Virus record (IMG/VR): IMGVR_UViG_3300048576_000582
Span: 1-47,494 of that record
DNA: 47,494 bases
DNA from: a virus
Taxonomy: Duplodnaviria > Caudoviricetes
Direction: 5' to 3' (one strand)
This document shows positions 38,201-46,241 of this stretch, one piece after another. The position numbers and the translations under genes are program-made. Under the pieces are notes generated by a model. That model was not told the DNA's origin. It worked only from the letters and a program-made list of their open reading frames with translations, and ran no database searches. Each line of letters starts with the position of its first letter. Position 1 is the first letter of the stretch.

Positions 38201-41200
38201 GGATCATTAATGTTCAAGAATATCCAAATGGTAAAAAGTATGGAGAAATTGCCGTTTTAAATTCTAATCAAATTAAATCTATTGACAATGTTGGTACTTT
38301 TGACCCATCCAAATCAAATATTTATATGCAAGATAATTCGGAACCACGGGCTCAGGTGAATATCAATCAAGATAAAAGCATTATTGCGTTATTTAATCAC
38401 GCTGATCAATCTAGTTTTATCCATGAATCCGCACACGTTTGGATGGAAGATTCCTTCCGGTTTGTCCGGAGCGGCCAGGCCGATGAAATTTATTTGGCCA
38501 ATTGGAGAACCTTGGCCGATTGGTTGGAAATTACCGATGAACAGGAAACTTTAACCACCGACCAGCAGGAGCAGTTTGCCCGGGGGTTTGAGGCATACCT
38601 TATGGAGGGTAAAGCCCCCAGCGAAGGTCTGCAAAAAGTTTTTGCCTCATTTCGGAGGTGGCTGATACAGATTTACCGGGATATTGCCGGGTTAAAAGTC
38701 GAACTTTCGGATCCGGTTCGGAAGGTGATGGACCGGATGGTGGCCACCGATGATGAAATTACCCAGCGGGAAGCGCTTAATGGTTATATGTTCGATGTGG
38801 TACGGGAAAAAGATGTTTCCCCCACGACCTGGTTGAAGCTCCGGGAACTGAAAGAAAAAGCGCACGAAATGGCGATAAATCAGTTACTCCGGCCACAAAT
38901 GGATGAGCTGAAGCCGGACCGGGAAGAATTTTTAGCCCAGGAAAGGGACCGGCTCCGGAAGGTGATCCGGGAGCAGGTGGCCACCCAACCGATATACCGG
39001 ATCGCAGAACCAATCCGGCAGCAATTTGGGACCCGGAAAAATCCGCTGGAGATTGCCCGAAAATTTTTAGCCGGCGGTGATGGATTGACCCCAACCGGGC
39101 AAAGACTTTTTGAAGCCATCGCGGAGGCTTATGGATATTCTTCCGGCGACGAGCTGGCCCAAAAGATGATCAAAGCGCCGAAATTTAATGATGTCGTCGA
39201 GGAACAACTGGCGGTTGAAATGGCGGGTAGATACGGTGATTTAAATCAGGATACAGCTGCGTTTCAATACGAGGCTGAAGCGGCATTACGGAATGATGAT
39301 CAAATGGATGTGTTGGCGCTCGAAAAGGCAATTTTACAGGACTTAATCCATCAGGAGGAAACCAATCAACTTTCCCGGCAGGTATCATTACAGCGCGCCC
39401 GGTCCTTGGCGGCCAATGCCCGGAAATATGCCAAAAGTGTCCTGGCTGAAAAACCTTACCAAGAAGCGACCGCGGCAACGGCATATTTTACAGCGGAACG
39501 GGTTGCGGCTGTGAGGGAGTCCCAGGAATACGCAAAGGGTAATTTTACGGAAATGCATCGGTTTGCAGAACAAAGGTTATTAAATCACGCTTTGGCGCTG
39601 GAGGCGGTGCAGCTTACCAAAGAGATTGATAAAAGTTTCCGGTATCTCAATAAATTCACCGGCAAAAGCCGGCCGGAAATTGGTCAGGAATTCTCAAACC
39701 AAATCGATAAAATCCTGGCCCGGTTTGAACTGGCCCAGCCGTCTTTGAACGTCCAGGAGGATCCAACTACGTTGACGGATTGGATTAAATCCCGGGAGCA
39801 ATGGGATGACGCCGCCATTCCGGAGACCATCGCCAACGAAACATTTGTAAAAAATTATCAAGATCTGACCCTGGGGGAGCTCCGGGACCTGGTGGATGCA
39901 GTCAAAAATATTGAGACCATCGCCCGGAACGAAAAACGGCAACTCACCGATGAAAAAGAGCGGGATTTTCAGGTTATTGTCAAAGAGATTACTGGCCGGA
40001 TCCGAAGGGAGAACAAAGAACTTTTTCCGAAAAATTATGATCCCAATGTGACCAAATTAGAATCTATCCTGCATTCGGTACGCAGTTTTGTGGCGTCCCA
40101 TCAAAAAGTTGAATACATCGTACGGGCTTTGGATGGGTATAAGGACCAAGGTCCGGTATGGCGGTATGTGATACTGCCCATGATGCGCGCCATGGATAAA
40201 GAGTATACTCTGCGCCGGAATGCCGGGGAAAAATATACCAAATTACTTCGGGATTATCTTGGAAAAGACTTGAGCCATTTGGCTACTAAAAAATTGTATA
40301 TCCCGGGGATGATCCATGCGATATTTCCGAAAGGGGTGACTAAGGAAAACATTTTGATGATGGCCCTTAATTGGGGCGCCACCGACAACCGGAACCGGCT
40401 GATGGATGCGTACTCGGAAACAATACAGTATACCGATGAGGACATCAAAGACATTATGCGGGAAAATCAGGCCGATGTTGATAAACTTGGACCTGGAAAA
40501 GTGATTATGAATGAAAAGCGCAAGGAACTTAAAGCGGCCTTTGAAAGCGTTTTTGACCGGCATATGACCCAAAGTGACTGGAATTTTGTCCAAGGTACCT
40601 GGGATATGATCGAGGAATTTTGGCCAATGATTGCCGAGGTGGAAAAGGCCCGCAAGGGGATCGAACCCAAGAAACGGGAAACCATCGAAGTGGTGACCAA
40701 ATACGGGACATACAAGGGCGGGTATTTTCATATCGAATATGATTCCCGGCTTTCGGAGCAGGCCAGCCGGCAGAGTGAACAAGAAAACCTGAAAGGGCTG
40801 ACCGAAATCACTTATTTAAAACCATCCACCAAAACCGGTTTCACCAAGGAAGTATCGGAGATGGTTGCAAACCGGCCGCTTAATTTGCATTTATCGGTAA
40901 TTGATAAACACCTGGCCGATGTGATCCATATGGTCAGTTTCATCAATGCGCTGCGAGATGTGGACCGATTACTGAACCATCGCGAGGTGATGAGGGTTAT
41001 TAAGGAAACCATGGGCGATGAAGTATACAAGCAGTTTAGGCCCTGGCTGATGAATATTGGCTATGAATACCGCTCCCCCATGACTCCGGTAGAAAATTTA
41101 TTGAGCCGCGCCCGGCAGGGGTCGTCTGTTGTTAACATGGGTTTTAAGTTTACCACCGCATTTTCGCAGTATGCGGGGCTGCCATCCATTATGGAGAAGG

Positions 41201-42198
41201 TCGGAAACAAGCGGACGCTCTCGGCAGTATTGGAGTTTCATAAAGATCTCATAACCGGGCAGGCAATGAAAAAAGCGCAGGAGGTTTTTGAAAAGTCGGA
41301 AATGATGCGGAACCGGATGAAAGACCGGGACCGGGATATCCGGGATACAACCAAAAAGCTTATTAGCACTAGCGCCTATGACAAGATTACTGATACATAT
41401 TTCGCACTGACTGGGCTTTTTGACTTTGCGATTACGGTGCCCGGGTGGATCGCCGCTTATGACAAAAATATTGCCGAGCAGATGAAGGCTGGCGAAGTTG
41501 CTTTGATGAACGGAGTGGACCCAAACGATATACTGAGCCTTAACGAGGAAATGGCGGTCCGTTATGCCGACGGAGTGATCCGGGAGACCCAGGGGTCTGG
41601 TGATGTGGTCAATATGGCAGCTATCCAGCGGGGGACTGAATTACAAAAATTATTGACCCAATTTTACAGTTATTTTTCAGTGTACGCCAACAAACAGATT
41701 GAAGCGGTCCAACGGGCAAAACGCCGCGGTGAATACGGCCAATTGGTATCATTCGCAATTTATTGGTGGTTCGTCCCGGCTCTGGCCAGTGAGTTGTTGG
41801 CCGGAAGGGGCCCTTCTGGAGATGATCCGGATGAAATGAAATGGGCAAAATGGGCCTTGACCAACGTGTTGAAATATCCGGCCAGTGCATTTATCGTAGT
41901 TCGGGATGTAGTTAACGCTCTGGGCGGAAAATTTGGTGGTTACGAGATGACCCCAAGCGCGGCAGCGCTTCAAAAAGGCGTGGAACTTTGGAACGTCACG
42001 GTAAATAAAGCAGTCAATGATGATGAAATCGACTGGGGCAAGGCCGGAAAAGCTGCGTTTGAATTTGGTGGATATTGGCTGAAGTATCCGTCACGACAGA
42101 TCGAAATCACCGTGGGCAATGTCTATGATGCCATCGTCAATGGGGAAGATTTTTATTTGCAGGATGTATTTTTCCCGAAGCCGGCTGAACGGAGATAA
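35230..42198 (+). CDS. Giant polyvalent ejection protein with ART-like and HExxH metallopeptidase domains
   Basis: 2322 aa; FKKWF..SKVVDEQGNPLVVFH...GFYF...GYDGI...QIKS; FIHESAH. Confidence 0.8.
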   Translation: MPLVFQDDSQNIVANNDRSILFVPRVSSRLQDTFQSVQNFDPIRTADVINIAQNTGEPEEFVDNNLEDLKKIQKNPTFQQWKQYESMFPGTAQFLSDPKNMATAKDVLPELAQHESALKFGWNLLQFDFTKPFTKPKPAPTGAEFSQNFARGLGSGNENDLAFQAGVQLGKGEKSGQLNVSYAQLRYEQMLETLQTGRRSTRNESKLQQLEAQMAALERPIGFNPWYFTGEQLPNYGLMSEKAGFWASTGGVLGGGLALIAGNAGPQAATPEEVVTVPAAVLTGMKVGAQLGGKIGLAQASAILEGGSAYGDFIKIRDKYGNPIDPQVAAQAALVVGVLNSGLEMAQVSSLLKTIPGGSKVLDFLGRQEIKNLAKQSGGNLIRAGVKEYLINMLKESGQEFAQETVTQLGGEMAKTISDQEFDKKPVADILAQSSQVISPTIQSQLIFGIPGLGSHTYQGIKQIQGANQAVQVYEQIGKVAAGSQYLDRMPENYAKFVADQVKNGPIENVYVDAHPLVSFLQSAVPDITREQVVQEISQVFGLGDEIQTALDTGGSIKISYATWLEKVVKTPLYDAVKNDVKFSEDGLTYNQAAVEEKRIADMITLEQQAAEPQIIHNNIIRDNFNLIYQDVKEKLTAAGRPKNIREREFGTWVDRNAKLWASRMIAEASRRGVNPMELYQGINQPEIVQGARENAGALNQSADRFAAKGNLNGKALYFKGELIYPDSIYQKSTDIISRGFDPFAEETGEDAGHDALYMAQSMQDGDFNSIIEMFNEEGTKFIPYGVHIIKGNNNFSFRLDQDGFLQKDGYLTKEQIFNEFYNAAKALKNDGFTGKLEIPEIHYKGTIDNFIGETLNQSAVETPEFKKWFKSSKVVDEQGNPLVVFHFGGKDIQEFDLNRTNDMSNYGQGFYFMVGPDGPSSLYELASTTGIMDDEIRGYPTEELAYQSLKDDGRIVEAYINIKNPVPPEKISEYMGENGLKQAYQDGYDGIINVQEYPNGKKYGEIAVLNSNQIKSIDNVGTFDPSKSNIYMQDNSEPRAQVNINQDKSIIALFNHADQSSFIHESAHVWMEDSFRFVRSGQADEIYLANWRTLADWLEITDEQETLTTDQQEQFARGFEAYLMEGKAPSEGLQKVFASFRRWLIQIYRDIAGLKVELSDPVRKVMDRMVATDDEITQREALNGYMFDVVREKDVSPTTWLKLRELKEKAHEMAINQLLRPQMDELKPDREEFLAQERDRLRKVIREQVATQPIYRIAEPIRQQFGTRKNPLEIARKFLAGGDGLTPTGQRLFEAIAEAYGYSSGDELAQKMIKAPKFNDVVEEQLAVEMAGRYGDLNQDTAAFQYEAEAALRNDDQMDVLALEKAILQDLIHQEETNQLSRQVSLQRARSLAANARKYAKSVLAEKPYQEATAATAYFTAERVAAVRESQEYAKGNFTEMHRFAEQRLLNHALALEAVQLTKEIDKSFRYLNKFTGKSRPEIGQEFSNQIDKILARFELAQPSLNVQEDPTTLTDWIKSREQWDDAAIPETIANETFVKNYQDLTLGELRDLVDAVKNIETIARNEKRQLTDEKERDFQVIVKEITGRIRRENKELFPKNYDPNVTKLESILHSVRSFVASHQKVEYIVRALDGYKDQGPVWRYVILPMMRAMDKEYTLRRNAGEKYTKLLRDYLGKDLSHLATKKLYIPGMIHAIFPKGVTKENILMMALNWGATDNRNRLMDAYSETIQYTDEDIKDIMRENQADVDKLGPGKVIMNEKRKELKAAFESVFDRHMTQSDWNFVQGTWDMIEEFWPMIAEVEKARKGIEPKKRETIEVVTKYGTYKGGYFHIEYDSRLSEQASRQSEQENLKGLTEITYLKPSTKTGFTKEVSEMVANRPLNLHLSVIDKHLADVIHMVSFINALRDVDRLLNHREVMRVIKETMGDEVYKQFRPWLMNIGYEYRSPMTPVENLLSRARQGSSVVNMGFKFTTAFSQYAGLPSIMEKVGNKRTLSAVLEFHKDLITGQAMKKAQEVFEKSEMMRNRMKDRDRDIRDTTKKLISTSAYDKITDTYFALTGLFDFAITVPGWIAAYDKNIAEQMKAGEVALMNGVDPNDILSLNEEMAVRYADGVIRETQGSGDVVNMAAIQRGTELQKLLTQFYSYFSVYANKQIEAVQRAKRRGEYGQLVSFAIYWWFVPALASELLAGRGPSGDDPDEMKWAKWALTNVLKYPASAFIVVRDVVNALGGKFGGYEMTPSAAALQKGVELWNVTVNKAVNDDEIDWGKAGKAAFEFGGYWLKYPSRQIEITVGNVYDAIVNGEDFYLQDVFFPKPAERR

Positions 42199-42241
42199 AG
42201 GATGGAAACAGTGTATCAATGTGAGAGGAGGGAAAACAGAC

Positions 42242-42733
42242 ATGTTAGAAATCCATAAGAATCTATATATTGGAAATGAAACCGATTATGAAGAATTAGT
42301 AAAAGACAAACCCGATTGGCATATTGTTCACGCTTGCAAGGAACCATATCACAGGGATCTGCTTGGTTATACTGGCCGAGGAGCTCCAAAAGATCATCCG
42401 GAATATTTTTTTGCAATAAGAGATAACCAGCTGTTTTTAAATATTGTGGACGCAGACAATCCACAATACATTCCCAACATTATTATCGATGAATCTTTGC
42501 GATTTATCGATGCTGCATTAATCAATAATAAAAAATGTTTAGTGCATTGCAATCTTGGGGAAAGCCGGTCTCCATCGATTGGATTGTTATATTTGGCTTT
42601 TAAGGGCGTAATACAAGCAGATTCATTCCTTGAGGCGGAACAAACGTATCGGCATATTTACCCTGATTATAACCCAAATAATGGAATACGAGGTTTTATG
42701 CAATTAAATTGGAGTAAATATACTAAAAAATAA
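42242..42733 (+). CDS. Dual-specificity / PTP-like phosphatase
   Basis: LVHCNLGESRS (CX5R); GAGGAGG RBS before 42242. Confidence 0.85.
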   Translation: MLEIHKNLYIGNETDYEELVKDKPDWHIVHACKEPYHRDLLGYTGRGAPKDHPEYFFAIRDNQLFLNIVDADNPQYIPNIIIDESLRFIDAALINNKKCLVHCNLGESRSPSIGLLYLAFKGVIQADSFLEAEQTYRHIYPDYNPNNGIRGFMQLNWSKYTKK

Positions 42734-42758
42734 GATCGAAATGAAGGAGGTATATTCA

Positions 42759-44069
42759 ATGTCAGTAACGTCTACCAGCAATAAAGCAGGACCATATTTA
42801 GGGAACGGGGTAACTACGCAGTTCAATTATAACTTTCCAATCTTTGCCCTTTCTGATGTTAAAGTGTATATCACAGATTTAGGAGGCAGTACCACTCTTG
42901 TGACATCAGGGTACCAGGTGGTCCCGAATAATCCATTGGATTACAGCACCGGTGGCCATGTTACATATCCGTATCCATCCGGTACTGTTTTGCCGACCGG
43001 ATACAAGTTAACTTTATTACGGGTATTACCGTTAGATCAGCCAAATAATCTACGAAATGTTGGAAATTGGGATGCGAATGTTTTTGAAAATATGTATGAC
43101 CGGCTAACTATGATGATACAGCAAATTAACGAAGTTGTACGTCGAGCCAATGTGGCTGATATTACACAAAATAGTGGGGTATATACTTATCCGGTTCCGG
43201 CTCCTGGAAAGGCTATTTTATGGAATGCAAGTGGAACCGGATTTATAAATCAAGATTTAGAGTCCAGTGCTAACAATTTTAATACTCAAATTATCTCAAA
43301 TGTTGCTACCGGGGTGGCACCAATAAGCGTAACGAGTATCACGGAATGTCCGAACTTGCACGCGGCTACGGCAACAACAGCGCTAGACACAATCACGTTA
43401 GTTGTTAGTAATTGGATCTCGCGCACATCTCCTGAAAATAACGCATGGAGTTCAGTCTGTTGGTCACCGGAGTTAGGATTATTTGTGGCAGTTGCAACCT
43501 CAGGAAGTGGAAATCGAGTCATGACTAGCCCGGATGGTCTTAATTGGACTAGTAGATCATCGGCTGCGGATAACGCATGGAGTTCAGTCTGTTGGTCACC
43601 GGAGTTAGGATTATTTGTGGCAGTTGCGTATACTGGTACGGGAAATCGAGTCATGACTAGCCCGGATGGTCTTAATTGGACTAGTAGATCATCGGCTGCG
43701 GATAACGCATGGCGTTCAGTCTGTTGGTCACCGGAGTTAGGATTATTTGTGGCAGTTGCAACCTCAGGAAGTGGAAATCGAGTCATGACTAGCCCGGATG
43801 GTCTTAATTGGACTAGTAGAGAGATTGATAATAATGCATGGACATCGGTTTTTTGGTCTTCTATGCTAGGAGTGTTTGTCACTGTGGGATATCAAACCGG
43901 TCCTTTTGGTAAAATTGCAATCAGTTACAACGGTCTTAATTGGATCTCGCGCACATCTCCTGAAAATAATCCATGGCGTTCAGTCTGTTGGTCACCGGAG
44001 TTAGGATTATTTGTGGCAGTTGCAGAAGATGGCACCAAAAGGGTCATGACTAGTTTATTTTACAAATGA
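42759..44069 (+). CDS. Tail fibre / receptor-binding protein with Asp-box-like repeats
   Basis: T7-type N-terminal adaptor (GNGVTTQFNYNF); about five 44-aa repeats with SPDGLNW. Confidence 0.8.
   Translation: MSVTSTSNKAGPYLGNGVTTQFNYNFPIFALSDVKVYITDLGGSTTLVTSGYQVVPNNPLDYSTGGHVTYPYPSGTVLPTGYKLTLLRVLPLDQPNNLRNVGNWDANVFENMYDRLTMMIQQINEVVRRANVADITQNSGVYTYPVPAPGKAILWNASGTGFINQDLESSANNFNTQIISNVATGVAPISVTSITECPNLHAATATTALDTITLVVSNWISRTSPENNAWSSVCWSPELGLFVAVATSGSGNRVMTSPDGLNWTSRSSAADNAWSSVCWSPELGLFVAVAYTGTGNRVMTSPDGLNWTSRSSAADNAWRSVCWSPELGLFVAVATSGSGNRVMTSPDGLNWTSREIDNNAWTSVFWSSMLGVFVTVGYQTGPFGKIAISYNGLNWISRTSPENNPWRSVCWSPELGLFVAVAEDGTKRVMTSLFYK
43410..44050 (+). repeat. 132-bp tandem repeats, nearly identical at DNA level
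   Basis: AACGCATGG at 43440, 43572 and 43704. Confidence 0.9.
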
Positions 44070-44462
44070 TCAAATTTTAAATTTAACACCTATTTGAACA
44101 TTGTGAGAAACGAAATAGGTTTCAGTAGCGATGCCAATTATAGTCCACCATTTCTTTATTTTTGGATTGGCATACTTGATAATTAATATATTAGCACTGA
44201 TTGAGGCTAGAAAATACATATCAACTTGTTCTAGTGTGGGATGTCTTCCCAAAATCGGATTAATTTCGTTATAAGTAAAACCTGATTGGTCGAATGTGAT
44301 GCAAGGGTCTGAACGATTTGTGGCGATATCCCTAGTTTGTGCCCAATCTGCGACGCATAGCAAAATCAATACGGTGTCAGTTTCTTCCCATTTATTCTCA
44401 GCCATAACTGGCACCGTAAATAATATTATCAAAATGGTAGTTAAACCAAATATTTTTAACAT
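44070..44462 (-). CDS. Moron: exported or membrane protein
   Basis: Signal peptide, hydrophobic helices, DWAQT and EINPILG motifs. Confidence 0.7.
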   Translation of the reverse strand: MLKIFGLTTILIILFTVPVMAENKWEETDTVLILLCVADWAQTRDIATNRSDPCITFDQSGFTYNEINPILGRHPTLEQVDMYFLASISANILIIKYANPKIKKWWTIIGIATETYFVSHNVQIGVKFKI

Positions 44463-44483
44463 CTTTTACCACTCCTTTGCTTT

Positions 44484-44512
44484 AGAGTAACGCTGATTGT
44501 ATTTTTTGTCAA
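44484..44512 (-). promoter_or_regulatory. Promoter of the moron
   Basis: TTGACA-17 bp-TACTCT, then AAAGGAG RBS. Confidence 0.65.
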
Positions 44513-44555
44513 CATTAAAAATTTTATTTAATTAATTTGAAAGGTGAGGATTATT

Positions 44556-44759
44556 TTGGAAGAATTAATTAAAGTGGCAATCCCTAACGGTATTTTTGCG
44601 GTCCTATTTGTTTTTCTGCTTTGGTGGATTTTGAATGAAAATTCAAAGCGCGAAGGGCGGTATCAGACAACCATCGATAAGTTAGCCGATAAGTTGGATA
44701 TCATAGATCTAATTCAAAAAGATGTGACAGAAATTAAAATTAAAATTGATCAAAAATAG
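44556..44759 (+). CDS. BhlA/UviB-family holin
   Basis: GIFAVLFVFLLWWIL.ENSKRE.RYQ..IDKL. Confidence 0.85.
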   Translation: MEELIKVAIPNGIFAVLFVFLLWWILNENSKREGRYQTTIDKLADKLDIIDLIQKDVTEIKIKIDQK

Positions 44760-44771
44760 GAGGAACAGCAA

Positions 44772-45356
44772 ATGATCCCAAATGCACGACCTCGGCTATC
44801 GTCTGCGGAATTAAATGAGAGAATAAAACAATTTAATGTCGACCAAAAACAATATCCTTTATTTATCGCTGCTATCAGAGGATATTACAAAAACTCCCTG
44901 GGCGAACCGGGGACAAATGATTGGGGTATTTATGACGATGCGGCGTTTATCATATCGCCCGGTTTCTTTGCTCCATATAATTTTAATACAGACCCAAGTA
45001 AACACCGGCCTGGATATGGCACTGGAGAACACAAGGGCATGGGCCAGGTGAAAACGGGTTTATGGTATTACACTTTTGGGATTCACCACGGTTCAAAAAG
45101 CAGTTATCCAGCGCTTATCCCGGCAAGAGAAATGACCGTTATCCGGGATGGAGTCGAAGGGCCATACCAGGATGATGGTTGGTTTGGAGATAACATCCAT
45201 GCCGGTGGCGAGACAACGACCGGATCGGAAGGTTGCCAAACCGTCCCACCAAAACAATGGGATAGTTTTTATGGGGCGATGGTGGGACAAGCAAAACGGT
45301 TATTTGGTGACCAATGGAAAACGGCTGTTATCCCATATATATTAATTGAGGAATAA
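44772..45356 (+). CDS. Putative endolysin, YkuD/L,D-transpeptidase-like Cys enzyme
   Basis: GDNIHAGG...SEGCQ; between holin and spanin-like genes. Confidence 0.65.
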   Translation: MIPNARPRLSSAELNERIKQFNVDQKQYPLFIAAIRGYYKNSLGEPGTNDWGIYDDAAFIISPGFFAPYNFNTDPSKHRPGYGTGEHKGMGQVKTGLWYYTFGIHHGSKSSYPALIPAREMTVIRDGVEGPYQDDGWFGDNIHAGGETTTGSEGCQTVPPKQWDSFYGAMVGQAKRLFGDQWKTAVIPYILIEE

Positions 45357-45368
45357 GGAGGTTTTACA

Positions 45369-45797
45369 ATGTGCATAAGATTTATATCACTATTATTGTT
45401 ATTTTGCTTATCATTATCGCCGGTTTGGGCTATGGATTATACAATGAACGAGGAGACACGGGCCAAAGCGCTCAAGTTAATCAGCGAATTACAAAAAACC
45501 TGGGACAAGCGGACTTCCGAATTAGAGAGCTTGAAAGCCAGCAAGAAATTGACCGACGAACAATTACTGAACTTAGAGACGATCAACGCCGACTTACAGA
45601 AACGAATCTTCGTCTTAGAGAACTTAGCGAACAGCAGGGAAATATCATTGGAGCAATTGAAGCAGGCGAAAGCGGAGATCGAAAAAGACTTGAACGATTA
45701 CAAGCAATTATTGAAGGAATGCCAGCGGCAAATCATTAGCTTAAAATGGCAACGAAATATTGCTGTGTTGGTGGCGATCGCCAGTTTCTTTTTGTGA
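45369..45797 (+). CDS. Spanin-like frame A (signal peptide, coiled coil, C-terminal anchor)
   Basis: 142 aa; homologue of 458-886. Confidence 0.7.
   Translation: MCIRFISLLLLFCLSLSPVWAMDYTMNEETRAKALKLISELQKTWDKRTSELESLKASKKLTDEQLLNLETINADLQKRIFVLENLANSREISLEQLKQAKAEIEKDLNDYKQLLKECQRQIISLKWQRNIAVLVAIASFFL
45371..45739 (+). CDS. Spanin-like frame B (N-terminal TM, coiled coil)
   Basis: 122 aa; homologue of 460-828. Confidence 0.7.
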   Translation: MHKIYITIIVILLIIIAGLGYGLYNERGDTGQSAQVNQRITKNLGQADFRIRELESQQEIDRRTITELRDDQRRLTETNLRLRELSEQQGNIIGAIEAGESGDRKRLERLQAIIEGMPAANH

Positions 45798-45979
45798 AGA
45801 AAGAATAGCCCAACCACAAGTTTACCCATGAACTAAATATAAAAAATGTCCAATAATGTAATATTTAATATTTAAACATGATACTATTATTTTTATAAAA
45901 ACTAAGGATTGAATTAATCTTAATTTACGGTATAATAAAAATGGTGTTTGATTCAAATAAAATCCAGGGGAGGTATATA

Positions 45980-46132
45980 ATGCAATTTATTTTTTGCGAT
46001 TATCTGAATTTATTGGACATTATTTGTTATTCAAACAAACACAGAACATATGTTCTAGTATCAACTAAATTAAAAGATAGAAAAAAAGAATTATTAAAAA
46101 TAGAAAATCATATAATAAAAAAGCTCCGTTAA
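45980..46132 (+). CDS. Possible 50-aa moron peptide
   Basis: TTGAAT-16-TATAAT promoter (45909-45936), GGGGAGGT RBS, downstream terminator. Confidence 0.4.
   Translation: MQFIFCDYLNLLDIICYSNKHRTYVLVSTKLKDRKKELLKIENHIIKKLR
46043..46056. promoter_or_regulatory. Firmicutes-type LexA (Cheo) box
   Basis: AGAAC-ATAT-GTTCT perfect palindrome. Confidence 0.55.
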
Positions 46133-46150
46133 TCTACGGAGCTTTTTTAT
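46115..46150. terminator. Bidirectional terminator
   Basis: ATAAAAAAGCTCCGT-TAATCT-ACGGAGCTTTTTTAT. Confidence 0.85.
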
Positions 46151-46192
46151 AATGAGCCGGTCTATTATTATTATAAGGAACTTTAAAAGGTA

Positions 46193-46227
46193 GTTTGGAT
46201 TTGAAAGTGCACGCCCCGCCTCCACCA
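46193..46227 (+). repeat. Right att site (attP arm plus tmRNA-like 3' end)
   Basis: GTTTGGATTT arm; GCACGCCCCGCCTCCACCA. Confidence 0.9.
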
Positions 46228-46241
46228 AAAATATGTCATCT

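Larger units (their letters stand above)
3860..46227. mobile_element. Complete BPP-1-like temperate podoviral prophage (~42.4 kb)
   Basis: Integrase, switch, replication, packaging, head, tail tubes, ejection proteins, fibre and lysis genes between direct repeats. Confidence 0.92.

Noticed and set aside
21792-42198. Many antisense and alternate-frame ORFs in structural genes, and apparent CCGG abundance
   Set aside because: ORFs lack RBS, motifs or second-copy conservation; CCGG enrichment cannot be quantified by eye and may reflect host codon usage
42119-42241. N-terminal extension of the phosphatase
   Set aside because: Overlaps the upstream gene; RBS supports 42242
43410-44050. DGR template/variable repeats or CRISPR array
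   Set aside because: In-frame coding repeats, no reverse transcriptase, no unique spacers, no cas genes
46209-46227. Intact tmRNA or tRNA gene
   Set aside because: Only the 3' acceptor fragment is present, with no T arm upstream
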